DNA of 62,904 bases, the filler included, from Octopus bimaculoides (Eukaryota): NCBI RefSeq assembly GCF_001194135.2. It is 7 parts of 6 records of this genome, joined end to end, with 100 filler letters (N's around TTAATTAATTAA, not from the genome) between each part and the next. Parts side by side here need not be neighbours in the genome. Positions count along the whole stretch, not along the records: positions 1 to 15,046 come from NC_068991.1; 6 more parts are not named here. The stretch is one strand, 5' to 3'. Both the position numbers and the translations under genes were made by a program. Every line of letters starts with the position of its first letter. The first letter of the stretch is position 1. Shown one piece after another: positions 1-12,419 of the stretch. The notes beneath the pieces are model-generated. The model ran no database searches, was not told the origin of the DNA, and saw only the letters and a list, made by a program, of their open reading frames with translations.

Positions 1-320
1 AAATGGTGAGTGTAGCGGATGTAAGTGTTATCCCAGAGAGGGTGACGTTAGTGACGACAATGGTGGTGGTGGTGGTGGTGGTGGTGGTGGTAGTGACAGT
101 ATGATTGAAATGGCGATGGTGGCGATGACGGAGATGGTGTTTTTGGTGAAGACAGAGGAAGAGATGGTGGTGGTGAGAGCGGTGTAGTCGATGGCGATAG
201 TGATGGTGATAGTTGTGATAGTGATTATGATTTTGGAGAAAATGGTTATGTCAGTGGTGGTGGTGATGGTGGTGGTGGTGGTGCTGGTGTGGTGATGACG
301 GTGACTGACGTGACAATAAT
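1..320. repeat. (GGT)n/(GAT)n low-complexity trinucleotide tract
   Basis: Runs of tggtggtgg and gatgatggt; explains the Pro/Thr/His-rich ORFs here. Confidence 0.9.
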
Positions 321-329
321 ATTTGCGCG

Positions 330-553
330 GTGGAGGTCGGTGAGATTGTAGAATCGTTAGCACACGGAACAAAATGCTTGGCGGCATTTCGTTCGTCTTT
401 ACGTTCTGAGTTCAAATTCCACCGAGATTTGACTTTCCCTTTCATCAATTCAGGGTCGATAAAATAAGTACCAGTTTATGGCTAAGGTCGATGTCATCGA
501 CTTATCTCCTCTATTGAACTTGCTAGCCTTGTGCCAAAATTTGATGCCGATAT
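330..553 (+). mobile_element. tRNA-type SINE, family A (my label)
   Basis: gaatcgttagcac...ttctgagttcaaattcc (B-box-like)...gtcgataaaataagtaccag...gccttgtgcc; the same ~220-bp motif recurs about 10 times in the window. Confidence 0.8.
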
Positions 554-654
554 TTGTTCGGTGTGTTATAACTTTGAGAGTTGTAGGGCAGCAGTGTAAG
601 TGGTATTATAGCTGCAAATACAGTTATAGTGGTTTTATGTAAAAAAAAATTTTA

Positions 655-850
655 AAACTGGCACTCCGTCCGTTACCACGACGAGGGTTCCAGCTGATCC
701 GATCAACGGAACAGCCTGCTCGCGAAATTAACATGCGAGTGGCTGAGTACTCCACAGACATGTGTACCTTTAACGTTATTCTCAAGGAGAATCAGAGAAA
801 CACAGAGTGTGACAAGGCTAGCCCTTTGGAATACAAGTACAACTCATATT
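655..850 (-). mobile_element. SINE family C, 3' body fragment
   Basis: Closely matches 40676-40840 (gttccagctgatccgatcaacggaacagcctgctcg...gtgtgacaaggct), which carries a tRNA-like head at 40961-41035. Confidence 0.75.
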
Positions 851-1412
851 CAATAATATCAGAAATGATCGGTGAACAATNNNNNNNNNNNNNNNNNNNN
901 NNNNNNNNNNNNNNNNNNNNNNNNNNNNNNNNNNNNNNNNNNNNNNNNNNNNNNNNNNNNNNNNNNNNNNNNNNNNNNNNNNNNNNNNNNNNNNNNNNNN
1001 NNNNNNNNNNNNNNNNNNNNNNNNNNNNNNNNNNNNNNNNNNNNNNNNNNNNNNNNNNNNNNNNNNNNNNNNNNNNNNNNNNNNNNNNNNNNNNNNNNNN
1101 NNNNNNNNNNNNNNNNNNNNNNNNNNNNNNNNNNNNNNNNNNNNNNNNNNNNNNNNNNNNNNNNNNNNNNNNNNNNNNNNNNNNNNNNNNNNNNNNNNNN
1201 NNNNNNNNNNNNNNNNNNNNNNNNNNNNNNNNNNNNNNNNNNNNNNNNNNNNNNNNNNNNNNNNNNNNNNNNNNNNNNNNNNNNNNNNNNNNNNNNNNNN
1301 NNNNNNNNNNNNNNNNNNNNNNNNNNNNNNNNNNNNNNNNNNNNNNNNNNNNNNNNNNNNNNNNNNNNNNTATATATATATATATATATATATTCATGTA
1401 TATATATATATT

Positions 1413-2470
1413 ATATGTAAAATAAAAGAAGGAAAATGCACGCACTTTACATAGTTTTAGTATATTTTTAAATATATTTTATATTGTGTTTGTCGACCGG
1501 TTTTGCTTTCGCTAATCATGACATTGAGATTACTGTAATATCGTATTTTCTTAAGAAGATTTTAATCCACGTTGTGAGTGGAGAAGTTTATGAATGAATA
1601 ACTCAACAAGTAGAAAAATCAAAGGGGATGTAATTGGTGATTGTTATTATTAGGGACAGGGGAAGTAATTGCTCATCTTTCCGGGAGGGGATAAATATAT
1701 ATACGAAAATTCAAAACTAAAGTAGTGAGAAGAAATATGTACAGTGATGGGTATGTGATCATGAATTAAAATATATACTGAGATTAAATTTGGTTATGCG
1801 CTCATATTTAGACGTGTTCTGTATTTTTCGAGGAAAACATTTTCTTTATTTAAACGTTCGTGTATAGAAATTTTCTTCGCACCGGTAGATGGGGAAAACT
1901 GTGAAGTTTGTTTGGATATTACCAGCACATCTCCCTATGTGTTCATTCAAAGGATTCTATCTGTATTGCGGAAACCGGATCTCTTCCTTATGTAGTATGG
2001 TTCTCCGTGGCAGTGTCATACTTGTGTGTCCCATATAGTTATATCCACAACCTGAGTAAGTTATGACATAAACTAGATTCTCGGAAGCACAAGTGAAGCT
2101 GGTTTTAATGGTAAACTTCTCTCCTTGTTTGATTAGGAATTCCGAGCCTTCCAGTAGGTTGGGGCATGCTCTGAAGTTTGGGCATCCACATTTTGTAACC
2201 CTTGATTTGGTGGTTGCTGTATAAAGTTTTGCGTTTGTTAGAAGTATTTTTAGCGATTTGTGTTGCTTTTTGTATTTGATAAATTTGTGTTTTCAGAATA
2301 TTGTTCATTTTTGGATCTCTAGTGAGCATAGGTAGATTTTGTACAATAGTGTTGTATACCTCATTACGAAATTCAAAAATTTCATTGTCATGATTAGTGG
2401 AAACGAGACCGGTCGACAAACACAATATAAAATATATTAAAGTGTGTATATTTTCCTTTTATTTTATATA
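1413..2470 (-). mobile_element. Penelope-like element, 5'-truncated, GIY-YIG remnant with inverted terminal (pLTR-like) arms
   Basis: Minus-strand translation of ~2220-1800 gives TKCGCPNFRACPNLLEG...FTCASENLVYVITYSGCGYNYMGHTSMTLPRR...EHI (GIY-YIG with Cys-rich linker, internal stops). 1413-1527 and 2382-2470 are inverted copies. Confidence 0.8.
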
Positions 2471-2540
2471 TACATTTTCTCATTACAACTCACCACGTGG
2501 GGATAATCGAAATTCCTCCCTTTGTATTACTACTACTACT

Positions 2541-2576
<36 letters not shown>

Positions 2577-3055
2577 GTTTTATCTTTTATTTGTTTCATC
2601 GCAGGGCGGTACCCAGAACCAAGTGGTTGACAAGCAAATTTATCACCACTCACCTATGTCTGCGCCTCCACACATCCATACTTGTATAGAGAACGACCGT
2701 ATGCACATAGAATGGCTATATGTATCTTTATAGAGAACTATAAGTATTTTTAAATGTCTTTTCGAACAAAGAGAAAAGAGCGCTACTATATGGGGTTTTC
2801 TGAAATATGTTGGCACCAATATCTAATGCAAAGTTTGCGTGGAATCGCTTGGGGTTTACAAGGTACGGAAAATAAGTTAAGAATTACCTAGCGGTTAAGA
2901 TTTTCCCGTATAATTTCTGATCTCCTGAAAACTATTATAAATCATGGTAACTAAATGGAATCATTCATCGCTTTGGTCACTTCCCTATCAAGTGACACCG
3001 AAGTAGATTTACATCAATTTGTCTACAATACAAGTTCAATATAATAAAAATGTGA

Positions 3056-3260
3056 AGGCGGTGAGCTAGTAGAATGACATTTCGTTAGCATAACATTTCG
3101 TCTGTTTTAATGTTCTGAGTTTAAATTCCACCGAAGTTTTCTTTACCTTTCATCCTTTCGTGGTTGATAGAATATGTACCAGTTGTACACTGGGGTGGAT
3201 GTAATCGACTTACCTCTTCCTTTGAAATTCGTGGCCTTGTATCAAAATTTTAAGCAAATA
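3056..3260 (+). mobile_element. SINE family A (degenerate)
   Basis: ggcggtgagct...ttctgagtttaaattcc...taccagttgtacactggggtggatgtaatcgact...ggccttgt. Confidence 0.75.
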
Positions 3261-3339
3261 CAGTGTAAACGTGACCTTAAATTATTTTTAAAAATTGAAG
3301 AGTGATTTAATTAATCTAGAATAGGTGATTTTTTTAAGG

Positions 3340-3662
3340 CTAGGTTGTGTAGTAAGAAGTTTGTTTCCCAACCAGGAGGTTTCGGATTTAGTCCTGTGTG
3401 GCACCTTGGGTAGATGTCTTCTACAATAGTCGTCATAGGCCAACCAAAGTCTTGTGAGTGGATTTTGTTGACGGAAACTGGAAGAAATATATTGTTTATA
3501 TGAGTGTGAGTATGCATGCGTTTGTGTGTATGCATGTCTTACGTATGCGTGTGTGTTCGGATTTTGTGTTTTTCCCCACCACTGCTTCACAACGAATGTT
3601 GGTTTGTTTGCCTCTGCGTAACTTAATGGTTCAACAAGAGAGAACGATAGGATAAATAGCCA
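3340..3662 (+). mobile_element. tRNA-type SINE, family B (my label), degenerate
   Basis: ggcaccttggg...gtcttct...ccaaagtcttgtgagtggattt...internal TG/TA microsatellite...gtaactt; homologous to 39974-40402. Confidence 0.75.
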
Positions 3663-3914
3663 TGACTCCTCCAAATTACAGCCAACTCATGAAAAAAATG
3701 AAATGTAAGAAATTATAACTGCCTATGATTCAGGTAAGCCTTCTTGATTATTGTTGTGACCTGATCACAGCTGAATGCCTATAAATAAAACTTGCCGATT
3801 CGATCGTAGCTCTGACGTGATCAGAGATGAATTGTCTATTTGAAGTTATAAGTACCATGTAATGTTCGTTCAAAAAAATTCTCTCTCTCTCTCTATATAT
3901 ATATCGTTTTTTTT

Positions 3915-4135
3915 TTCTTTTCATCTAATCACTTGATTCAGTCATTAGATTGCGGCCATACTGGGGCACCGGCTTGAAGAATTCTTAGTCGACCGTATCG
4001 ACCCCGGTACATATTTTTTAAAGACTGGAACTTGTTTTATCGCCCTCTTATGCCGAACTGCTAAGTTACGGGAACGAAAACATACTAGCACCGTTTATTA
4101 AGCAGTGGGAGGGGAACAGACACAAACATAAAGAT
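3915..4135 (-). mobile_element. SINE family B, 3' half
   Basis: ttcagtcatt...gcggccatactggggcacc...tcgacccc...gccgaactgctaagttacggg is the reverse complement of the family B tail. Confidence 0.75.
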
Positions 4136-4145
4136 ACACACACAT

Positions 4146-4184
<39 letters not shown>

Positions 4185-4381
4185 CACACTATCGAAATAT
4201 CTTACTACATTCTCATGCAGCAGAGGCCGCCGGAAATCTTAATTATACACAAACATACACACATACAAAATCATATACGTGTTTACATGAGTGTATACGT
4301 GTGTGTGAATGTAAGTGTGTATTTGTATGTGCAGGTATGTATGTATGTTTATATAGATATATTCTTTTATTCGTTTATTCA

Positions 4382-4457
<76 letters not shown>

Positions 4458-4529
4458 TGGCACAAGTGCTCACATATGTGGGTACGTACATACATATATA
4501 CATGCATACATGCATACATACATACATAC

Positions 4530-5307
4530 GTCCGTACAGCTTCACTTAGAGTTGCGACCGCTACATCACATCATACTTCGAAGGCCATACATTTGCAATC
4601 CAAGAACAGGAGATTGCTACACAATACGTAATAAACAATGAAGCGAGTGAAGCCTTTGGAGACCCAAAATGCAACCGAAAATATGGATTATATCACAATT
4701 CTGGAGAAGACTTCGCACATGTGATCTGCAGCTGCCCAAAAATGTCATCAAAGTTCTGCCTCTGGCTGCAACATGAAATTTTCTCTAAAACCTATATACT
4801 ATGCCATCCGAAACATAAAAACTTGTCTTGGAATAATCATAGAGATGCCATCTAACCGTTGGTGAATGTATACATAAACATCATCACAAGGAATCCTGGT
4901 GAAACAATCCCATCAAAACATATGTCAGGTGCAAACTAGCCAACTTGATATTGTCGTTTGAGACACCAGAAAAAGTACGTACCCTCATAGAAGTCAGCTG
5001 CTCAACTCATATGAATATCTTTTCGAAAATAAAAGAGAAAGTAACTACGGACAACTGTATGGAAACCCCCAGCTTCTCTACCAATAATTTCTCGTTTACA
5101 CCAATACGAATTGGTGTAATTGGTTTTGTGAATAACTGACAATCTGGATATGAAAGAGCTTTCAAGGAAAAAGAATGAAACATTACATTCGGCATTACAA
5201 ATACAATCTATAAGCGGATAGTACATTCCAGCGATAGAATTTTGCATCTTTGTTAGACACCAACTCTTTCCATACAAAAAGTCTTCAAATGATGAAATAT
5301 GGAATAC
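4530..5307 (+). mobile_element. R4/Dong-type (RLE) non-LTR retrotransposon, 3' fragment, decayed
   Basis: Translates YITSYFEGHTFAIQEQEIATQY...HVICSCPKMS...LIEVSC...IGVIGFV (decayed zinc-knuckle and RLE region). Homologous to 55056-55870, which retains CRLC..HVISSC and RHD. Confidence 0.7.
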
Positions 5308-5419
5308 TACATACATATATAGATACATATATAAAGACATACATGCATACATTCCTTTCAGTTAGACAGCGGCCACATATGTAAAACGACACTATATAAC
5401 ATCGCTTGCTGGAATTACT

Positions 5420-5720
5420 TATTCACTTTTTTCTCTTCTTTCTTCCTTTTCTAGTTGCTCCTTGTCTTTCCCTCTCTTTTCCCACTGTCCGAAGAAGAAC
5501 AATGTCCGAAACGTCCCTTCCCTTGTGCAACAAACTAATAACATTTATTGTGAACGTATTCCGTTCTTTGTTTTTTTTTTCTCTTTTGGTAATTTGTTCT
5601 TTGTTCCTGGCCACACACACACACAGACATGACGTCTTCCTTTTACTTTCACGTTATTCCAAGTTTTTCATACTGTCATTATGTAACTACAGCGTAGATT
5701 TAATCATTAAACTCTACCAT
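5420..5720 (+). mobile_element. Short Penelope-type (pLTR-like) repeat with a decayed hammerhead-like motif
   Basis: 5489-5515 CCGAAGA-A-GAAC-aat-GTCC-GAAA-CGT-C follows hammerhead order with core U4 mutated. Boundaries and family assignment uncertain. Confidence 0.35.
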
Positions 5721-5854
5721 ATCTAATGAATACATCTAATAATCTAATGAAGACACATCCATGTTTGTACGAGCGTGTGTGTGCGTGTATATGTGTGTGT
5801 TCGATTTGTCTGAGGGTGTATACATGTGTCTCAGTGCCAGTTTATGTATGTGTA

Positions 5855-5889
<35 letters not shown>

Positions 5890-6538
5890 TAAGTACATAT
5901 CACATGACGACACGAACAGATATTTCATGAATGCAAATCTTTACGCATACACACGTACGCTCAAACACACATACACACACATACATACACACGCACGTAC
6001 GCACTCACACACACATAAATGCATGAAACGTATCCATATATATACGTATGCATATACATATTCATATATATGAACGTTACATTTAAGTACTTGCATATAA
6101 AAATATATATTTATATATTTATAAGCACGTAAGCCCATATAAAGCTGCTCTTCCTCTCATATATATGCATTCATCTATATTTTTATATATACATATATAT
6201 ATATTTATATATATACATATATTATAGATATGTGCATGTTTGTTACTTGAATGAAAAAGCACAGCATAAGCACACACAGACAAATAATCCACAGACACAA
6301 ACGCACACTATCATACACACATACACACGCCTGCGTGCAGGCGCAACGCACAAAATCATACATACACACATGCACACAAGTATATATGTTATTGCTTTGA
6401 TGAAAAAGCACAGCATAAGTCATTAAAATGAAGCTATAAGTGAACGAAGAGGAAAAAAATATGAAAAACGAAAAACAAATGTATTTCATTATATATACAC
6501 ACGTATGTATATATTTTTTAAAGCATGTTAACAGCTAA

Positions 6539-6740
6539 CCAATGGGAAGCAGATCAATATTGACAATATGGCTACTGTAACGTAAGTTTTTTGTTTTTTT
6601 ACAAATATATTTTGTTGATATGGTTTTGGCGGGAAGAGGTATGGGTGTGATATACCAAATTAAAACTGACTGAAACGAAGAGAACAGCTTGAAGTTTACT
6701 GACAAAGAGACACGTCCACCGCCGCCGCCGCCGCCGCTGC
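6539..6740 (+). promoter_or_regulatory. Candidate promoter / gene 5' end
   Basis: CCAAT 6539-6543; E2F-type TTTTGGCGGGAA 6624-6635; (GCC)5 at 6721-6735; also aatATGGCTACTGTAAC|GTAAGT (ATG 6568, donor 6582). Motif co-occurrence only. Confidence 0.3.
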
Positions 6741-6906
6741 ATCTTCACATTTTGAGTTTATAATTCGTTTGTTGCTATTTACCTCCGGTTTTTGATTTCT
6801 TTCTCTTATTTTTTTATCGTATTTCGTTAAAATAGCATCATAAATGTTGATTTTTAAATTTCAAGATTTTATATATTATTTTATTGTGTTGTGTTGCCTT
6901 GATTCG

Positions 6907-6955
<49 letters not shown>

Positions 6956-7114
6956 NNNNNNNNNNNNNNNNNNNNNNNNNNNNNNNNNNNNNNNNNNNNN
7001 NNNNNNNNNNNNNNNNNNNNNNNNNNNNNNNNNNNNNNNNNNNNNNNNNNNNNNNNNNNNNNNNNNNNNNNNNNNNNNNNNNNNNNNNNNNNNNNNNNNN
7101 NNNNNNNNNNNNNN

Positions 7115-7205
7115 AGAGAGAGGAGGGAGAGAGAGGAGGGAGAGAGAGGAGGGAGAGAGAGGAGGGAGAGAGAGGAGGGAGAGAGAGGAGGGAGAGAGAG
7201 GAGGG
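7115..7205. repeat. 13-bp tandem repeat (AGAGAGAGGAGGG) x~7
   Basis: Read directly; abuts an N gap. Confidence 0.9.
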
Positions 7206-7313
7206 AGACAGACATGTGTGTATTTATATGTATGTATGTGTATATATGTGTATATATATATACGTATGTATAAGTGTACTAATTTATAAATTTATATGTA
7301 TAGGTATACTAAT

Positions 7314-7350
<37 letters not shown>

Positions 7351-7499
7351 TGCATGCATGTATGTATGTGTATGTATGTATTTATGTCTGAATATGTGTG
7401 TGCATATATGTAAAATTTGAGCTGGAAATCACAAACATATCAAGTACGGAAGTCATATAAAATGAAAATAAAATTAAATCTATTGATTTTGTGTGCAAG

Positions 7500-7554
<55 letters not shown>

Positions 7555-8326
7555 GTATGTGTGTGTATGTGTGTATGTGTGTGTGTCTGCGTGTTGTGTG
7601 TATGTTTGTATATATATATANNNNNNNNNNNNNNNNNNNNNNNNNNNNNNNNNNNNNNNNNNNNNNNNNNNNNNNNNNNNNNNNNNNNNNNNNNNNNNNN
7701 NNNNNNNNNNNNNNNNNNNNNNNNNNNNNNNNNNNNNNNNNNNNNNNNNNNNNNNNNNNNNNNNNNNNNNNNNNNNNNNNNNNNNNNNNNNNNNNNNNNN
7801 NNNNNNNNNNNNNNNNNNNNNNNNNNNNNNNNNNNNNNNNNNNNNNNNNNNNNNNNNNNNNNNNNNNNNNNNNNNNNNNNNNNNNNNNNNNNNNNNNNNN
7901 NNNNNNNNNNNNNNNNNNNNNNNNNNNNNNNNNNNNNNNNNNNNNNNNNNNNNNNNNNNNNNNNNNNNNNNNNNNNNNNNNNNNNNNNNNNNNNNNNNNN
8001 NNNNNNNNNNNNNTATATATATATATATATATATATATGCATACATACCTACACATACGTAGACACAAACACGCACACATAGTTGTAGATATGCCTCTAT
8101 GCCAGTGTGTACGCGTGTATGTGGATGTGTGTGTATGTAAATATGTACATATACATATCTACATACACATTCATTTAATGCAGTAGAGTCTATTTATTTT
8201 CCGAATTTGTTATTTTGTGTGTCGCTAATCAGACTAACTTCCTTGATTGCTCATAGCGAATTACTCTGAGGGAATCATCGGCTTTGAATGTGTGTGAATG
8301 CGCGTGTGTGTGTGTGTATGTGTGTA

Positions 8327-8378
<52 letters not shown>

Positions 8379-9313
8379 CATCTGTGTGCGTACGTATATG
8401 TGGATGTGTGTCCGTTTGTGTGTGAATGCATACATATGTAATAAGAAGTCCGTAACCACTCTTGCAACTCACCTTCAAGTGCCCTAATTGATTTTCTTCA
8501 ACCCTAATTCTTATTCCAATGTGGAATGTTTTTCATTGCCTGTTATTTTCAAAACCCGGGTTGTTACTCTATTCGAGGTTTTGATATAACTCCGACTACA
8601 GTCAAAAGATGCTTGCACCATGAGTAGTGCAGAGAGATTAGTCCCGAAACACCGTGATTTCAAAGCTCGTATTATGTATTGCTGTGCGGCAGAACTTGAC
8701 TGATGATATATTTCATATGCCTTCACTTACTCTTTGAAGCAAAGATTTCCTGCCGTTGTTACTAAATAGTAAAGACCATATTTTTTTTTTCCAGATTCAC
8801 TAATTAATACTGTTGATACTGAGACTTCTTATGGGACTAAATCTACAATGAGTCATGTAACATCATAAATATGATTAAGTACATTTATTTATTCAGAGGC
8901 CATGCTGTATTGGCAATCTGGAAATTATTTACATATACTTCAGCACAGATTCTATTTTCTTAATTCCAGCCACATGGTGGAATTAATGTCATCCGGACAT
9001 TAATGAAGACGGCAACTGTCCAAGGCTCAGCACTGCACGATCAGTCTCAGAGCCAAGCAGGTACCCAAGTCCGTCTCAAATTTATATCATGCCATCTTAA
9101 ACTTGAAAGCATGTATTGGACAATGTAGTCTTGAATAAGCGATGAGATGGCCACGGTTAGAGTATGTTTCTCATAGGCCTGCTAACTTAGTACTGGCCCA
9201 GCGCTAAATAGTAAGCACAAAAATAACTTGGTATGGTTAAAATGTGCCTTCCCAACAGATCTGGAACTGAATCTATACTGTTGCACTTTGGACAAGTGTC
9301 ATATCTTTCTCCT

Positions 9314-9382
<69 letters not shown>

Positions 9383-10330
9383 CAATCGATCTTCATCAGA
9401 GTGAGAAAACAAGAGCATGCAATATAAACAGAAGGAAGAAGGAAGAGATAAAAAAAAATATGGTTTAGACAAATAGTCTAAAAGCCCAATATGTTAAGTG
9501 CACATAATTACTTACCGTCTGAGCTCAAAGAACGTAGATGAGAGCGTGAGCTATTAAAGGACTAGGGAATACTACAAGTTATTAACAAGAGGGTGTAGTT
9601 AGGAGTAGGGGTCAGGGTGTTAAAGAAAGAAGTTATCCAGAAGCTCTATGTAAATAAGATACTAACATAATTATCAAAGGTCAAACCTATGTTAACGGTG
9701 TAAACTTAAGTAAAGTTAAACAATTAACGTAGGTTACTAAATAAAAAATTTACTTGCAAGAAATTAATACCAAGAATCCCCCTGTGGTACGCAATGGAGT
9801 AGGACTAAGTCCAACGGTCTCTTCGTTGGTCGGTAACAATTTAAAACAATTCACAAGTTAAAACCGTTACAAAGGATTTGTTTATAGATAAACAAGAAAA
9901 AGAAAGGAAGAAAAAAAGGTAAGGGAGTTAAGATAATGAGTAGAATTTAAGGGCCGCTTATGTCCTTCAGTCTCTTAACGGTATAACATATGAGAGGGGA
10001 ACATAGAGACAAACAATTTAGTGGTTAAGGGGAGGTAACAGGTCTCGGTAGGCCAACAATTCAATGAAGATTAGGAAAAAAAATATGGCTAAACCTCGTA
10101 TATAACGAATTGTAGTAAAAATCAAGTATATACCGGTATGTAAGAAGAATATATTATATAGGTGCTCTACAGGGCATAAACAAAATGGCACTGATTGTTA
10201 GGCGGATAATATTTAAGGACAAGTTACATGCTAAGATAATATCAAGCCTACAAAAGCATTACATAAACGTAAAAGTAAATAATTTCTGTTATTATAAACC
10301 AGAAAGAAAAAGAAATATAGAGACACTAGT

Positions 10331-10391
10331 GGGTACAATAGATGGGTACAATAGATGGGTACAATAGATGGGTACAATAGATGGGTACAAT
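10331..10391. repeat. 13-bp minisatellite (GGGTACAATAGAT) x4.7
   Basis: Four perfect copies plus a partial fifth. Confidence 0.95.
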
Positions 10392-10820
10392 TAATGCTGA
10401 GACCACCGGCTGGTTAATCCTGAGCCTAAAAAATAAAAATAAGAAATAAAAATAAAAATAAAATGACTAAAGGTAAGATAGAAAAATACTAATTAAATCT
10501 AATCATTAAAGTAATAAACAAAAGAGTAATAATTCCTAGAGGGTGCAAAAAATATTAGTGGGCATAGTGTGCAATAAAATAAAGGAAAGACTATGAAATA
10601 AATAATAAGATAGAATGAAATGAAAAGGAAGAAGGAATCAAGCATGGTGGGCAGGGGTTTATAGTAATACAAATATAAGTAGGGCTAATAATGTAGTAGA
10701 AAACCAAAGGTTTCAGATCACTAATAATAGAAATAAAAGGCCAAATACAAGGGGTAATGTGTTAGTATCGTGGGGGAAATGTTAATTGGTGTATCCGATA
10801 GATAATAGGTATAGGTGGTG

Positions 10821-11718
10821 GGTTACATTTAAAAACTTAAGAGAAGGGTAGGGGAGGGGTTAGGTATTAGATTAACTAGGAGAGCCATGGTTATTCCTAA
10901 CATTATGACCTATAAAAGGGGTAAGATGTAAAACCCCCATTAAACTAAAAGGGGCTCCTATTAGAATGCTGTGGAATTATAAGTACTAATACGGGATAGT
11001 TAAATATATAAGAAGTAGGAAAGTTTTAAGGGTGGGGGTAACATATAAGGCTTAAGAAAAGGGGTAGAAGTGGGGGTTGTAAATAAACTGCCTACATGAG
11101 ACTCAATGCTTCTAAGCATGACAGAAATAAAGGGATAAGATGTAGACCCTGCATTAAACTAACATATGCTACTAATTATAAACTGTAGATTATAAATACT
11201 ATTATGGAGTAGTGAGAGTGTTTCTAGTGTTATTAATACCAATCGAAAGTAGAGGTAGGTAAAAGGTAGAGGTTGGAAATTTACATTTAAAAACTTAGGA
11301 GAAGGGAAATGGGAGGGGTTAGATAATTGACTAACTGGGGGGCAGTGGTTATTCCCAAGAAGATGACCTATAAATGGAGTAAGGTGTAAACCTCCATTAA
11401 ACTAAAAGGGGCTCTTATATGTATGCTGTGGAATTATATGTACTAATAGGGGGAAGTGCAAATATATCTAAAGTTAATAATAATAAGAAGTAGGAAATGG
11501 TTAAGGGTGGCAGGTAACAAATAAATCTTAGTAAAAGGGGTAGAGGTGGGGTTATAATTAAACTGCCGACATGAGACTCAATACTTCTAAGCAAGACAAA
11601 AATAATAAAGGGGTAAGATGTATAACCTGCAAAAAGTTAACAGGGACTTCTAATTAATAGCTATGGGTTATAAGTACTAATATGGAGTAGTATGTGTATT
11701 TATAGTGTTATTTATATC
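10821..11718. repeat. Imperfect tandem duplication of a ~440-bp unit, each with two related sub-units
   Basis: 10821-~11240 and ~11279-11718 share ttacatttaaaaactta..gaccta..cattaaactaaaaggggctc..aaactgcc.acatgagactcaat..tagtgttatt. Confidence 0.85.
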
Positions 11719-12387
11719 TATCTACAGTGGACCTACCTTTATGCAAGCAAGCTATACTACGCTCATCTCTCAGGTTCACAAACGGAATTTGTACAGTTAG
11801 AATTTTAAAAATCTCATTTATGCAAAGTTGCCATTTACTATTTTTTCCATTATACGAAGGTGCTGTAGTGAGAATCTCCCAATATGATGTGAAGCTAATG
11901 TTACTATCTTTGAGCTCCCAAATGTACTTACTTAAACCAGTCGAATTAAGTTTCTATTTCTATAAGAATGCTGGGGCGCGGCCAGTCTACGTTTTATTTC
12001 ATTTTGGGTTGCACCGATATAACTCCGTTTGCTAGACTTTGTTGCCTTAATTCGAATGCCCTATGAAGATGAAGAATTTTATTCTCGCATGTATGTATAG
12101 ACTGCATTCTGGGAATCTGATCAGAAACAGCTGTTAGCTTTGTTATGTCTTCCTTTGTATTAATAAACAAGCATTAAATGTGATCCAATCGATATGGTGG
12201 TTAATCTGTTTTTCTCCATTTTCTAATTATTTGCATTGGCTCCTGATAAACTTTTGTTTATCCTATTGTCACCTGCGGTCGACGTATATGGTGCCCCTGC
12301 ACACCATTACCTGGGGATAACACAGATAACGGATACTGATAGTATATACGAATATTTTATCCCTTAGTCGATTCCTACAACCGCTAA

Positions 12388-12419
<32 letters not shown>

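Larger units (their letters stand above)
9381..12060 (-). mobile_element. Penelope-like element: GIY-YIG C-terminus plus a long repetitive 3' region
   Basis: 12060-11710 minus translates KRSYIGATQNEIKRRLA..(frameshift)..TGLSKYIWELKDSNISF..WEILTTAPSYNGKNSK.QLCINE. The downstream ~2.3 kb ends at a CTGATGA motif (9393-9399, minus); assigning this whole stretch to the element is inference. Confidence 0.7.

Noticed and set aside
8725-8870. Possible small exons (minus ttag|31 nt|gtaagt; plus ttttccag|DSLINTVDT...)
   Set aside because: Splice-like signals are frequent in AT-rich DNA; no recognisable protein, and the phase does not fit the 6568-6581 candidate.
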